A program made the position numbers and the translations under genes. From contig JACQUX010000041.1 of assembly GCA_016210045.1 (NCBI GenBank), positions 72,789-136,788 of the forward strand: a stretch of DNA of 64,000 nucleotides. Direction: 5' to 3'. The notes under the pieces were generated by a model. That model was given only the letters and a program-made list of their open reading frames with translations, was not told where the DNA came from and did not search any database. This stretch comes from Deltaproteobacteria bacterium (GTDB lineage Bacteria; UBA10199; GCA-002796325; JACPFF01). Numbering within the stretch: position 1 is the stretch's first letter; each line of letters opens with the position of its first letter. Below are positions 48,587 to 56,929 of this stretch, in pieces.

Positions 48587-49498
48587 ATGCGCATCCTGAT
48601 CACCGGTGGAACGGGCTTTGTCGGGCGCGCGCTCGTAGCACAATGCGTGGCGGACGGGCATCACTGTACACTCCTCACGCGCGGTGTGACTGAGCCGATC
48701 CTTGTTTCCTCCCAACTCACGCATCGCCCGTGGGACCCCTTCCAGCCAGGCCCATGGCAAGCGGCTGTTGAAGGCATTGATGCCGTCATTCATTTAGCTG
48801 GGGAATCAGTTGCTGCGCGACAATGGTCAATGGCGCAGCGGATGCGAATTACACAGAGTCGTGTTGTCAGCACGCAATTATTAGTCGAAGCCATAGGTCG
48901 TGCGGCGCAGCCCCCTGCCACGCTGCTCTGTGCCTCCGCGATCGGTTATTATGGCGATGGCGGAGAATCGTGGCTGACGGAAGCGCATGCGGCGGGTGAT
49001 GATTTCTTGGCGCAAGTCTGTCGTGAATGGGAAGCGGCTGCGCGTGCGGCGACTGCATGGGGAACGCGCGTGGTCTCCTTACGGATCGGCCTTGTGCTGG
49101 GTCCTAATGGCGGGGCATTGGCCCGCATGCTCCCCGCATTCAGGCTGGGTCTTGGCGGTCGACTGGGCCCTGGCGATCAATGGATGAGCTGGATCCACCG
49201 AGACGATCTCATCGCGCTGCTGTGTTTCGCGCTGCACGACGCACGTGTCCATGGCCCGGTGAACGCCGTCAGTCCGTCTCCAGTGCGCAATCGTGATTTC
49301 ACGCAGTGTCTCGCAGCGCTGCTCCATCGCCCAGCCGTGTGTCCACTCCCTGCCCCATTGCTTCGCCTGCTGTTAGGAGAGCGCGCCCAACTCCTGTTGG
49401 CGAGCCAGCGCGTCAGCGCCGCGCACGCGCTGGCACTGGGATTCCAATTTTCGCAGCCAGAGCTCGCAGGGGCACTCCGTGCTTGCGTGATACGATAA
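48587..49498 (+). CDS. TIGR01777-family NAD-dependent epimerase/dehydratase-like protein (YfcH-like, with DUF1731 C-terminus)
   Basis: MRILITGGTGFVGRAL Rossmann motif, followed by a 300-aa body typical of YfcH/SDR39U1. Confidence 0.75.
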   Translation: MRILITGGTGFVGRALVAQCVADGHHCTLLTRGVTEPILVSSQLTHRPWDPFQPGPWQAAVEGIDAVIHLAGESVAARQWSMAQRMRITQSRVVSTQLLVEAIGRAAQPPATLLCASAIGYYGDGGESWLTEAHAAGDDFLAQVCREWEAAARAATAWGTRVVSLRIGLVLGPNGGALARMLPAFRLGLGGRLGPGDQWMSWIHRDDLIALLCFALHDARVHGPVNAVSPSPVRNRDFTQCLAALLHRPAVCPLPAPLLRLLLGERAQLLLASQRVSAAHALALGFQFSQPELAGALRACVIR

Positions 49499-49511
49499 TG
49501 CATTGCTGGTA

Positions 49512-49886
49512 TTAGGAGGATTTTCGCGTGCCGGCCAATTGATGATAATCGCGGAGAATCGGCGCTGCATCGGTCGCGGCGCCGACGAGCAAATCTCGCA
49601 ATCGTTCTCGATGTGGTGGAAGCAGCGCGGTAAATAGCAGTGCCATTCCCAGTTCATCACAGCGGTGAATCCGCGCCGTTGCCTCGATCGCATCTGCTCC
49701 AGCGCGAGATGTGATCCGCACTTGACACAGTTGTCCCACTGGTCGCTGTAATGGGGAAAAGAGAAAAAGCCCGCCGAAGCCAAGGTCTTTCGTTTCGCCC
49801 CGAATCACGACTCCGTCCGCAAAGCGACATTCCACGGACATCATCAGCGGCACCCGCACCCACACGCGCTGTTCACGAGGAGGCAT
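49512..49886 (-). CDS. stand-alone PilZ-domain protein
   Basis: REQRV, an RxxxR motif, then DLGFGG, a DxSxGG motif. 124 aa. It lies 8 bp downstream of the FlgB-like gene on the same strand. Confidence 0.6.
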   Translation of the reverse strand: MPPREQRVWVRVPLMMSVECRFADGVVIRGETKDLGFGGLFLFSPLQRPVGQLCQVRITSRAGADAIEATARIHRCDELGMALLFTALLPPHRERLRDLLVGAATDAAPILRDYHQLAGTRKSS

Positions 49887-49894
49887 GAAACGAT

Positions 49895-50257
49895 CTATAC
49901 CTTAATATTGATCAACGTCGAAAACATTTCATCCATCACTTCCGCGACACGAAAGTTCGGACGAAACGCGGTCTTCGTCACGATGTGATTTACCGACTCT
50001 TCAGCATAATCGATGTTCGTCGAATCGTAGCTATATGGATCCGCCGATTGCAGTTCCGGTGGCACGGGAATCCGTTCGGTCGTGGCTTCGACTCCGCCTT
50101 TCGGCAATGACTGTTGATTGACCCGCGTCTTGGCTGCGTTAGGAACGTTGTGGCGTGCAATGTTGTCCGCAGTCGCGTGGAGGCGGGTAAAATTAACCCC
50201 TATGCCGGTGAGTGGGATGGAGAAATTAAAACTCATGAGTCGCAAATTATACGACAC
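49895..50257 (-). CDS. FlgB-like flagellar basal-body rod family protein (orphan)
   Basis: The N-terminal …ADNIARHNVPNA… resembles the rod-protein NIAN motif. The C-terminal NIDYAEESVNHIVTKTAFRPNFRVAEVMDEMFSTLINI aligns by eye with FlgB C-termini (N.D.D.EM..L..N…Y.A….M…F..L). No other flagellar genes are nearby. Confidence 0.45.
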   Translation of the reverse strand: MSYNLRLMSFNFSIPLTGIGVNFTRLHATADNIARHNVPNAAKTRVNQQSLPKGGVEATTERIPVPPELQSADPYSYDSTNIDYAEESVNHIVTKTAFRPNFRVAEVMDEMFSTLINIKV

Positions 50258-50328
50258 ATGGTGGTGATTGTCAAAATTCCTGGATGCACTTCTACTGGAC
50301 TCCGCTCTCAGCGCGGCATAAATGAGCT

Positions 50329-51945
50329 ATGGCCAGCGACCGATTTCGGCGTGCCGAATCCGTCCGCACCGTCTTGCGACTCCTCGCGGTTGTGCTCGCG
50401 TTGTATGTGGCGTGGCTGGGGGCACATAGTTTTGACCGCATCAAGGCCCTGGGGAAAAATATGCAGCCATCACCCACCAATACCGTGCACGCCCCGGAAT
50501 TTCCGCCGGGCCTCGAATGGCTGAATACCGAGCGCCCACTAACGTTAAAGGAATTGCGTGGCAAAATCGTGCTACTCGATTTTTGGACCTATTGCTGCAT
50601 CAATTGCATGCATGTCATTCCTGAGCTGAAGCGTTTAGAACAAGCGTTTCCGGATGAACTGGTCGTAATCGGCGTGCATTCGGCGAAATTTGTTGGCGAA
50701 CGCGACACCGAGAACATCCGTCAAGCCGTGCTCCGTTATGAAATCGTCCATCCCGTAGTGAACGATTGGCAAATGCAGATTTGGGAGCAATATGCCGTCC
50801 GTGCTTGGCCGACTTTGGTCTTGATCGACCCGGAAGGACGGATCGCCGCTGCGACCTCGGGCGAAGGCATCTACGAACCGCTCCACAAAGCCATTACCAA
50901 GCTTATCGCCACCTTTGCGACCAAGGGATTGCTGGATCGCCGGCCGCTTGCGATGCGCCAGGAACGGCTTCCGGACGCCGACGCCCCCCTTTCATTTCCC
51001 GGCAAGGTTCTGGCCGACGCCGCGTCGGATCGACTCTTTATCGCCGATTCGAATCACCATCGCATCCTCGCCGTATCACTCCAGTCTGGTAAAGTGCTGC
51101 AACGCATCGGGTCTGGTGCGCGGGGACGGGATGACGGCGCGTTCACAACCGCCACATTTTTGCATCCTCAAGGCCTCGCCCTCGACGGTCAACAACTCTA
51201 CGTTGCCGATACGGAGAATCATCTGATTCGTCGGATCGATTTGCAGGCGGAAACCGTAATGACGATTGCCGGAACCGGAGAGCAAGCACGCCGTCGTATG
51301 CGGCCAGGACCAGCACTCGACACCGCACTTAACTCCCCGTGGGATTTGGTTGTGCATCAGGGCGTGCTCTATATCGCGATGGCTGGGGCGCATCAGCTGT
51401 GGCGGCTCGACTTAGCAAGCGGCCAGTTGGCCGCGCATGCGGGCTCCGGGCGTGAAGACCTGCACGACGGCCCGTGGGACACCGCGGCCCTTGCCCAGCC
51501 CTCCGGCCTCGCTACGGACGGCCAGTCGCTGTATTTCGCGGATAGTGAAGTCAGTGCTATTCGTCGTGTGGACGTAGCGCCCGCCGGCCGAGTCGAGACG
51601 CTGTTTGGTGCCGGGCTTTTTGCCTTTGGCGATCGCGACGGAACCATTGGCACGGCCCGCTTACAGCATCCGCTGGGCGTTGCTCTGCACCGTGACAATT
51701 TGTACATTGCCGACACGTACAACAATAAAATCCGCCAGGTCGATCTTCGGACACGCACGTTGGAGTCATTTGTCGGAACCGGCAGCGCTGGACATGATGA
51801 CGGCGATCCCGCGACGTTCGATGAACCGGCTGGTATTTCTGTGGCTGGCGACACGTTGTATGTCGCCGATACCAACAACCACGCGATTCGCGTCGTCGAC
51901 CTTCAAACTCGCGCCGTACGGACGTTCAATGTCACGTTTGAGTAA
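50329..51945 (+). CDS. thioredoxin-like (TlpA/redoxin) domain fused to NHL-repeat beta-propeller (NHLRC2-like)
   Basis: N-terminal TM segment. Redoxin motif LLDFWTYCCINCMH (CxxC). Six NHL-like repeats (…LYVADTENHLIRRID…, …LYIADTYNNKIRQVD…, …LYVADTNNHAIRVVD…). Confidence 0.7.
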   Translation: MASDRFRRAESVRTVLRLLAVVLALYVAWLGAHSFDRIKALGKNMQPSPTNTVHAPEFPPGLEWLNTERPLTLKELRGKIVLLDFWTYCCINCMHVIPELKRLEQAFPDELVVIGVHSAKFVGERDTENIRQAVLRYEIVHPVVNDWQMQIWEQYAVRAWPTLVLIDPEGRIAAATSGEGIYEPLHKAITKLIATFATKGLLDRRPLAMRQERLPDADAPLSFPGKVLADAASDRLFIADSNHHRILAVSLQSGKVLQRIGSGARGRDDGAFTTATFLHPQGLALDGQQLYVADTENHLIRRIDLQAETVMTIAGTGEQARRRMRPGPALDTALNSPWDLVVHQGVLYIAMAGAHQLWRLDLASGQLAAHAGSGREDLHDGPWDTAALAQPSGLATDGQSLYFADSEVSAIRRVDVAPAGRVETLFGAGLFAFGDRDGTIGTARLQHPLGVALHRDNLYIADTYNNKIRQVDLRTRTLESFVGTGSAGHDDGDPATFDEPAGISVAGDTLYVADTNNHAIRVVDLQTRAVRTFNVTFE

Positions 51946-52576
51946 CCACACGACGGCGCCCGATCTCGTACGGGCGCGCTTCACTTTCCCTACGACGGTC
52001 TGGGATCGGTTTCGGCAGTATGTCGAATTGCTCCAACACTGGAATCAGACCTATCGGCTTGTTGGTTCAGCCGCAGCCGAAACGGTTTGGGACCTCCACA
52101 TCGCTGATTCTCTCCTTCTTCTTCCCTTCATACCGGAAACAGGTCGCTTGGTTGACCTTGGGAGTGGCGCGGGTCTGCCGGGGATCCCGCTCCAAATTGT
52201 GCGAAATGATCTAGAAGTCGTATTGGTCGAGCCTCAGCAAAAGCGGATCAATTTTTGCGAGGAAGTGAAACGGCGGCTCGGCTTGTCTCGTCTCCGCATG
52301 GTGCGAGGTCGCGCAGAACAACCGGCTGTTGTGGCGGAAGCTGGGCGCGCTGATATCGTTGTTTCGCGCGCGACGTGGCAACTCTCGACGTATGTTCGTT
52401 ACGCAATGGCGTATCGTCAACGCGACGGCCGGATCATTGCGATGAAAGGGCCTGGTTGGGAATCGGAACTCGTTGACCTCAAAGCGCGGTTGCCACTCAA
52501 TATCTGGTCGCATGTCCAAGTTCAGCATGATGAACTTCCGCAAAGTCGGGCAAAAAGAGCTCTGCTTATTTTTTAA
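51929..52576 (+). CDS. rsmG: 16S rRNA (guanine527-N7)-methyltransferase RsmG
   Basis: …QHWNQTYRLVG…DLGSGAGLPGIPL…RAEQ… matches the GidB family. The ATG at 51929 overlaps the end of the upstream gene. The upstream part of the listed ORF 51605..52576 is rejected. Confidence 0.85.
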   Translation: MSRLSNHTTAPDLVRARFTFPTTVWDRFRQYVELLQHWNQTYRLVGSAAAETVWDLHIADSLLLLPFIPETGRLVDLGSGAGLPGIPLQIVRNDLEVVLVEPQQKRINFCEEVKRRLGLSRLRMVRGRAEQPAVVAEAGRADIVVSRATWQLSTYVRYAMAYRQRDGRIIAMKGPGWESELVDLKARLPLNIWSHVQVQHDELPQSRAKRALLIF

Positions 52577-53054
52577 GCTGATTAATATCAAAATTATGAT
52601 TCATATTTTTTTCATCCAGCAATGATTGCCGCGTTGCAGTTTGGCCATTTCCTTTGTGGTTGATTTGCATCGCTCTACAGCCTTTATGTATCGCGGTTTT
52701 GGGGGTGGATGTTTGGTATAGCAAAAATATTCATCCAGATAAGTGTATGAGAACGTTGCTGTTGACCTAAAATCGGCGTTGCGAATTGTTTTTGTAGTGC
52801 CGGTCATTTTATAAGCGTCAGTGGCCATTCGGTCTGGAAGACGTGTCGAGTGTCTGGTCATTGCTCTCTCAGCGTTGCCGGTGGTGATGTGGTGAAAAAG
52901 GGCGTGCGTGCGATGGCGGCTGTGTATGTTGTTTTGTCTGCCGATGCACGGTGTGCGGATGATTATTCGACTAAGGCTTGGTTCCACGTGAACTTATGCG
53001 ATGTGGAGATAAGTTGTCCTTGCGACACAATTTGGAATGCGGTAGACAGCGTGC

Positions 53055-53948
53055 GTGGCCGTGATCATCACAATTTGCAATCAAAAGGGTGGCGTGGGGA
53101 AAACCACGACGTCTGTTAATCTCTCCGCGTCGCTTTCCGCAGCAGAAAAAAAGACTCTCCTAGTGGATATGGACCCGCAAGGGAATGCCGGAAGCGGCGT
53201 TGGCGTCGATAAAAGGGCGGTGACGCAGAGTGTGTATGATGTGTTGTTGGGTGAGTTGAGTATTGAAAGCGTAATTAAAAACACTGAATTGAGCCATTTG
53301 CATATCTTGCCATCTAACCTTGATTTGGTTGGAGCTGAGTTGGAATTGAGTGGGGCGGTTTCACGAGAAAGTCGGCTAATATCTGCTTTGACTCCGATTC
53401 TTTCGAATTATGATTACATAATAATCGACTGCCCCCCGTCGCTGGGACTCTTGACCCTTAATGCGTTGAACGCGTCTCATGGGGTTATTACTCCCGTGCA
53501 GTGTGAATATTACGCGCTTGAGGGGATTGCTGACCTCATGAGTACCGTCGAGTTGGTGAAAACAAGCCTCAATCCGCGGCTGCAGGTGTTGGGAGTGTTG
53601 CTGACGATGTATGATGGGAGGAATAATCTTTCTAAGCAGGTCGCCGAAGAGATCCGCTTCCATTTCGGTGTTCAAGTCTTTCAGAGTATCGTCCCTAGAA
53701 ATGTCCGCCTTTCTGAAGCCCCGAGTCATGGCCGTCCGATTATTTTGTATGACATCAAATCGATAGGAGCGATTAAGTATCTTGAATTTGCCCAAGAAGT
53801 GATGGCAAGAACCCCGCTCTTATTGGAAGTCCCAGCAAAGGAGAAAGCCTATGGATTCGCCGCAACCGCCACGCAGGGCGTTGGGCAAGGGATTGGCATC
53901 GCTCATTCCGTCACGACCGCAAGCGGTGACGATACCGGAGAGGGATGA
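53055..53948 (+). CDS. parA: chromosome partitioning ATPase ParA (Soj) with ~40-aa C-terminal extension
   Basis: Deviant Walker A motif KGGVGKTT. The 297-aa reading frame runs 98 nt into parB. Confidence 0.85.
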   Translation: MAVIITICNQKGGVGKTTTSVNLSASLSAAEKKTLLVDMDPQGNAGSGVGVDKRAVTQSVYDVLLGELSIESVIKNTELSHLHILPSNLDLVGAELELSGAVSRESRLISALTPILSNYDYIIIDCPPSLGLLTLNALNASHGVITPVQCEYYALEGIADLMSTVELVKTSLNPRLQVLGVLLTMYDGRNNLSKQVAEEIRFHFGVQVFQSIVPRNVRLSEAPSHGRPIILYDIKSIGAIKYLEFAQEVMARTPLLLEVPAKEKAYGFAATATQGVGQGIGIAHSVTTASGDDTGEG

Positions 53949-54765
53949 GTCTGGCGCTCGCGTTGGTGAGGCGGTGACAAAAATCCCACCGCATCAAATT
54001 GTCACCAATCGGCAGCAACCCAGGACGGAGTTCGACGAAGCGGCGTTGGATGAATTGGCAAATTCCGTGCGGCGAAACGGAATCCTGCAGCCTCTCCTTG
54101 TGACTCCACTCGATGGGGATCGGTATGAGTTGATTGCGGGAGAACGTCGGCTCCGAGCCGCGCGAATTGTTGGTTTGGAGGAAGTGCCGGTAATAATAAA
54201 GCAAAAGGTCGACACCGATGAAATGTTGGAGCTGGCGCTCATTGAAAATGTCCAACGTGAGGATCTCAATGCGATTGAAGAAGCAAAGGCCTACGCGGCC
54301 CTGATGGATCAGTTTGGGTACACGCAGGAAGAAGTCGCGGATCGTGTTGGTAAGTCGCGGGTGACGATTACGAATAGCCTTCGATTGCTTCAGTTGCCAA
54401 AAGTTGTGCAGGACGATGTGGTCGTAGGGAGATTGTCCGCCGGTCATGCCCGTTCAATTTTGGCGATTGGCGAGTTGCAAGAACAGTTGGCGATTCGTGA
54501 GCAAATTTTGAAGGCGCAACTTTCGGTGCGTGATGTAGAACGAATTGTTCAGCAGCGCCGAGGCTACCGCCAATCGCGCCCCCGGCATCGCGCCACCACT
54601 ATTCAACCGTCGGCGCAGATTAAGTCGATTACGGACGAGATGATGCGCGCAACCGGGACAAAAGTGGAGATTCGTCCACGAACGGAGCAGTCTGGCATGG
54701 TGATGATCGAATATTATTCCTTGCAAGATTTAGATCGAGTCTATAGGAGGGTGACCGGACAATAG
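53851..54765 (+). CDS. parB: chromosome partitioning protein ParB (Spo0J)
   Basis: N-terminal RALGKGLASLIP, the ParB-box GERRLRAA, and an HTH (…QEEVADRVGKSRVTITNSLRLL…). Confidence 0.85.
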   Translation: MDSPQPPRRALGKGLASLIPSRPQAVTIPERDESGARVGEAVTKIPPHQIVTNRQQPRTEFDEAALDELANSVRRNGILQPLLVTPLDGDRYELIAGERRLRAARIVGLEEVPVIIKQKVDTDEMLELALIENVQREDLNAIEEAKAYAALMDQFGYTQEEVADRVGKSRVTITNSLRLLQLPKVVQDDVVVGRLSAGHARSILAIGELQEQLAIREQILKAQLSVRDVERIVQQRRGYRQSRPRHRATTIQPSAQIKSITDEMMRATGTKVEIRPRTEQSGMVMIEYYSLQDLDRVYRRVTGQ

Positions 54766-54771
54766 CAGCGG

Positions 54772-55260
54772 ATGCGGAGGTGTCTCATGTTTCAGCGAGG
54801 AAATGGTGAGAAGGTCACGCGGATGCCGCAACCTCGTCACGATCAAGTCAATGGATTGCTCGATAAAGGGTGTTCGTTTGAAGGGAAATTGACCTTCGAC
54901 GGAACGGTACAGATCAACGGCGATTTTCGCGGCGAAATTTATTCCGACGGCACATTGGTGATTGGGACCGAGGCGCGTGTCAAGTCGACCGTATTTGTCG
55001 ATACGCTCATTGTGTATGGAAAAATTGAAGGAAAAATCGAGGCCAAGTCGCGAGTTGAAATGCATGTGCCGGCGGTCGTGACGGCAGATTTGAAGACGAA
55101 GAATTTGAGCATCGAAAATGGCGTCATTTTCCAGGGTACGTGTCAGATGGACCGACCCGTCGAAAAAGGCACCGAAGCGCGTCTCAATGCGGCCACGGCG
55201 AGTCCGACGCTCGTTGAAACTGAAGCCTCTGATGTGGAAGAAGATGTTTTGGTAATGTAG
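54772..55260 (+). CDS. bactofilin (DUF583 beta-helical cytoskeletal protein)
   Basis: Repetitive …GTVQINGDFRGEIYSDGTLVIGTEARVKSTVFVDTLIVYGKIEGKIEAKSRVEMH… is the bactofilin beta-helix signature. It starts 7 bp after the parB stop. Confidence 0.7.
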   Translation: MRRCLMFQRGNGEKVTRMPQPRHDQVNGLLDKGCSFEGKLTFDGTVQINGDFRGEIYSDGTLVIGTEARVKSTVFVDTLIVYGKIEGKIEAKSRVEMHVPAVVTADLKTKNLSIENGVIFQGTCQMDRPVEKGTEARLNAATASPTLVETEASDVEEDVLVM

Positions 55261-55311
55261 TCGTAATTTAACCGTTCTCCTGGGCGTCGGTACGTCTGTA
55301 TCCGGCGCCCG

Positions 55312-55851
55312 ATGTCTGTTGAAGCGGGGTTGTTTATGTTGGAAGTTGCCGTTTCGCTGAATGTCGAGCCTTTGGGCGTATTGTTCCACGCCCTCATTTT
55401 TTTTGCAGTAGTCGCCGTGTTTGCTCAGTGTCTCGTGAAGCCGTTAGCGCGAGTACGTGATGCTCGTCGACAGGCCACAGTGGCACGTCAAGAGCGGGCT
55501 GCCGCTTTCGTGGCAGAAGCAGAAGTGCTGGAAGCGCAGCACAAACAAATGATGACCGCTGCGCGTCAAGCCGCGGCTGCAGAGCGCGAAATTTTGCGGC
55601 AACAAGGGATGAGTGAGGCTGCTGAAATCATGCACACGGCGCGGGGGAAATCCCTGGAGCTGTTTCAACGGGCCCAAGCTACTTTTGCCGGCCAGCTCGC
55701 GGCCGCGAGAAAAGTGCTGGAAGTGGATACGCAAACCTTTGTCCAAATCATCGCAGAGCGCTTGATGGAACGGGAGTTGAAGAAAAATGCGGATGAATCG
55801 CTGGGACAAGTCACGCCCTTACGGCCAGCCGCATCAGGGAAATCGCACTAG
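55312..55851 (+). CDS. atpF2: F0F1 ATP synthase subunit b' (second b-type subunit)
   Basis: N-terminal TM helix, then a long charged coiled coil (…ERAAAFVAEAEVLEAQHKQMMTAARQ…). It is the first gene of the atp cluster. Confidence 0.55.
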   Translation: MSVEAGLFMLEVAVSLNVEPLGVLFHALIFFAVVAVFAQCLVKPLARVRDARRQATVARQERAAAFVAEAEVLEAQHKQMMTAARQAAAAEREILRQQGMSEAAEIMHTARGKSLELFQRAQATFAGQLAAARKVLEVDTQTFVQIIAERLMERELKKNADESLGQVTPLRPAASGKSH

Positions 55852-55863
55852 GAGCTACGACGT

Positions 55864-56346
55864 ATGGTCATCAATTGGGGATTTGTTTTTAGTGTCGTCA
55901 ATTTTTTCTTATTTGTCGTGGCGCTCTATTGGCTGTTACGGCGTCCGTTACAGACACATTTTGCGGCGCGTGCGCATGATTTAGAAGTTGCACTTGCGGA
56001 AGCAAGGGGTGCGGAGCAGACCGCGCAGCGACGTCTCGATGAAATTCAAAAACAATTAGCGCAGAGCGAGCATGCGATTACTGAATTGAAGGCGCAAATG
56101 CGTGCCGATGGTGAGTTGGATCGTCAGGCCATGGTGGCGAAGGCGCATGAAATGGCGAAGAAATTGGAACTGGATACGGAGCGCATGATTGTACAGGAGC
56201 TCAGGAAGAATAAAGAAACGCTGCGTGGAACAACCGTGGATATGGCCATTCTCATGGCGGAACGGCTGTTGCGGGAGCAATTGACGACGGAGGATCAATT
56301 CCGCTTGGTGCGTGATTATGTCCAGCGGCTCGGTTCACTCCATTAA
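55864..56346 (+). CDS. atpF: F0F1 ATP synthase subunit b
   Basis: TM helix (VVNFFLFVVALYWLL) and a coiled-coil stalk. 160 aa. Confidence 0.7.
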   Translation: MVINWGFVFSVVNFFLFVVALYWLLRRPLQTHFAARAHDLEVALAEARGAEQTAQRRLDEIQKQLAQSEHAITELKAQMRADGELDRQAMVAKAHEMAKKLELDTERMIVQELRKNKETLRGTTVDMAILMAERLLREQLTTEDQFRLVRDYVQRLGSLH

Positions 56347-56361
56347 TAAAACGATCAGTCT

Positions 56362-56919
56362 ATGTCTTTTGATGCAATCATCGGTCGTCGCTATGCGACG
56401 GCTTTCTTTTCCCTCGCCGAAGCGCAACACTCCGTTGAGCTCTGGTTAGCGGATCTTGATCATTTTGTTGCGACTTGCCGAGGCGCACCAGATCTCTTGG
56501 CTGTCTTAGCGGATGCGAATTATAGTCTGCCGCAGCGATTCTGGATTCTGACGGACGTTGCGTCGCGCCTACAGTGTCATGCCATGACGGTCAATTATTT
56601 GAAACTCTTAATCGAAAAACGCCGTATTGAATGCCTGTTTACGATTGTCGAGGCATACCGACAGTTGGTTGCCGAACGTGCGGGTGTCGTCACTGCAGTG
56701 GTTACGACCGCCATTCCAATGAATGATCCTGGTATTGTCACGTCTATTCAAGAAGCGATCGGGCGTTTGAAAAAGAAGCGTGTGCATGTTGAGACCGACA
56801 CGGATCCAGCCATTATTGGTGGCGTGGTGATTCGGGTCGGCGATGAAATCTTTGATGGGAGTGTAGCGGCGGAGTTGCGACGTATGCGGCTGCGCTTGGC
56901 ACAATCTCTAGAAGGGTGA
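56362..56919 (+). CDS. atpH: F0F1 ATP synthase subunit delta
   Basis: OSCP-family sequence (…[13 protein letters not shown]…; …[26 protein letters not shown]…). Confidence 0.8.
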   Translation: MSFDAIIGRRYATAFFSLAEAQHSVELWLADLDHFVATCRGAPDLLAVLADANYSLPQRFWILTDVASRLQCHAMTVNYLKLLIEKRRIECLFTIVEAYRQLVAERAGVVTAVVTTAIPMNDPGIVTSIQEAIGRLKKKRVHVETDTDPAIIGGVVIRVGDEIFDGSVAAELRRMRLRLAQSLEG

Positions 56920-56929
56920 GGGAGCGGAT

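Noticed and set aside
52971-52986. parS-like 16-mer GGTTCCACGTGAACTT (and GGTTTCACGAGAAAGT at ~53350)
   Set aside because: Only 12/16 matches to TGTTNCACGTGAAACA, and the outer arms are not palindromic. Kept as a low-interest note, not annotated as a parS feature.
52601-52987. 128-aa minus-strand ORF in the rsmG-parA AT-rich spacer
   Set aside because: Lys/Thr/His-rich junk-like translation in a non-coding-looking AT-rich region with no Shine-Dalgarno. Treated as intergenic.
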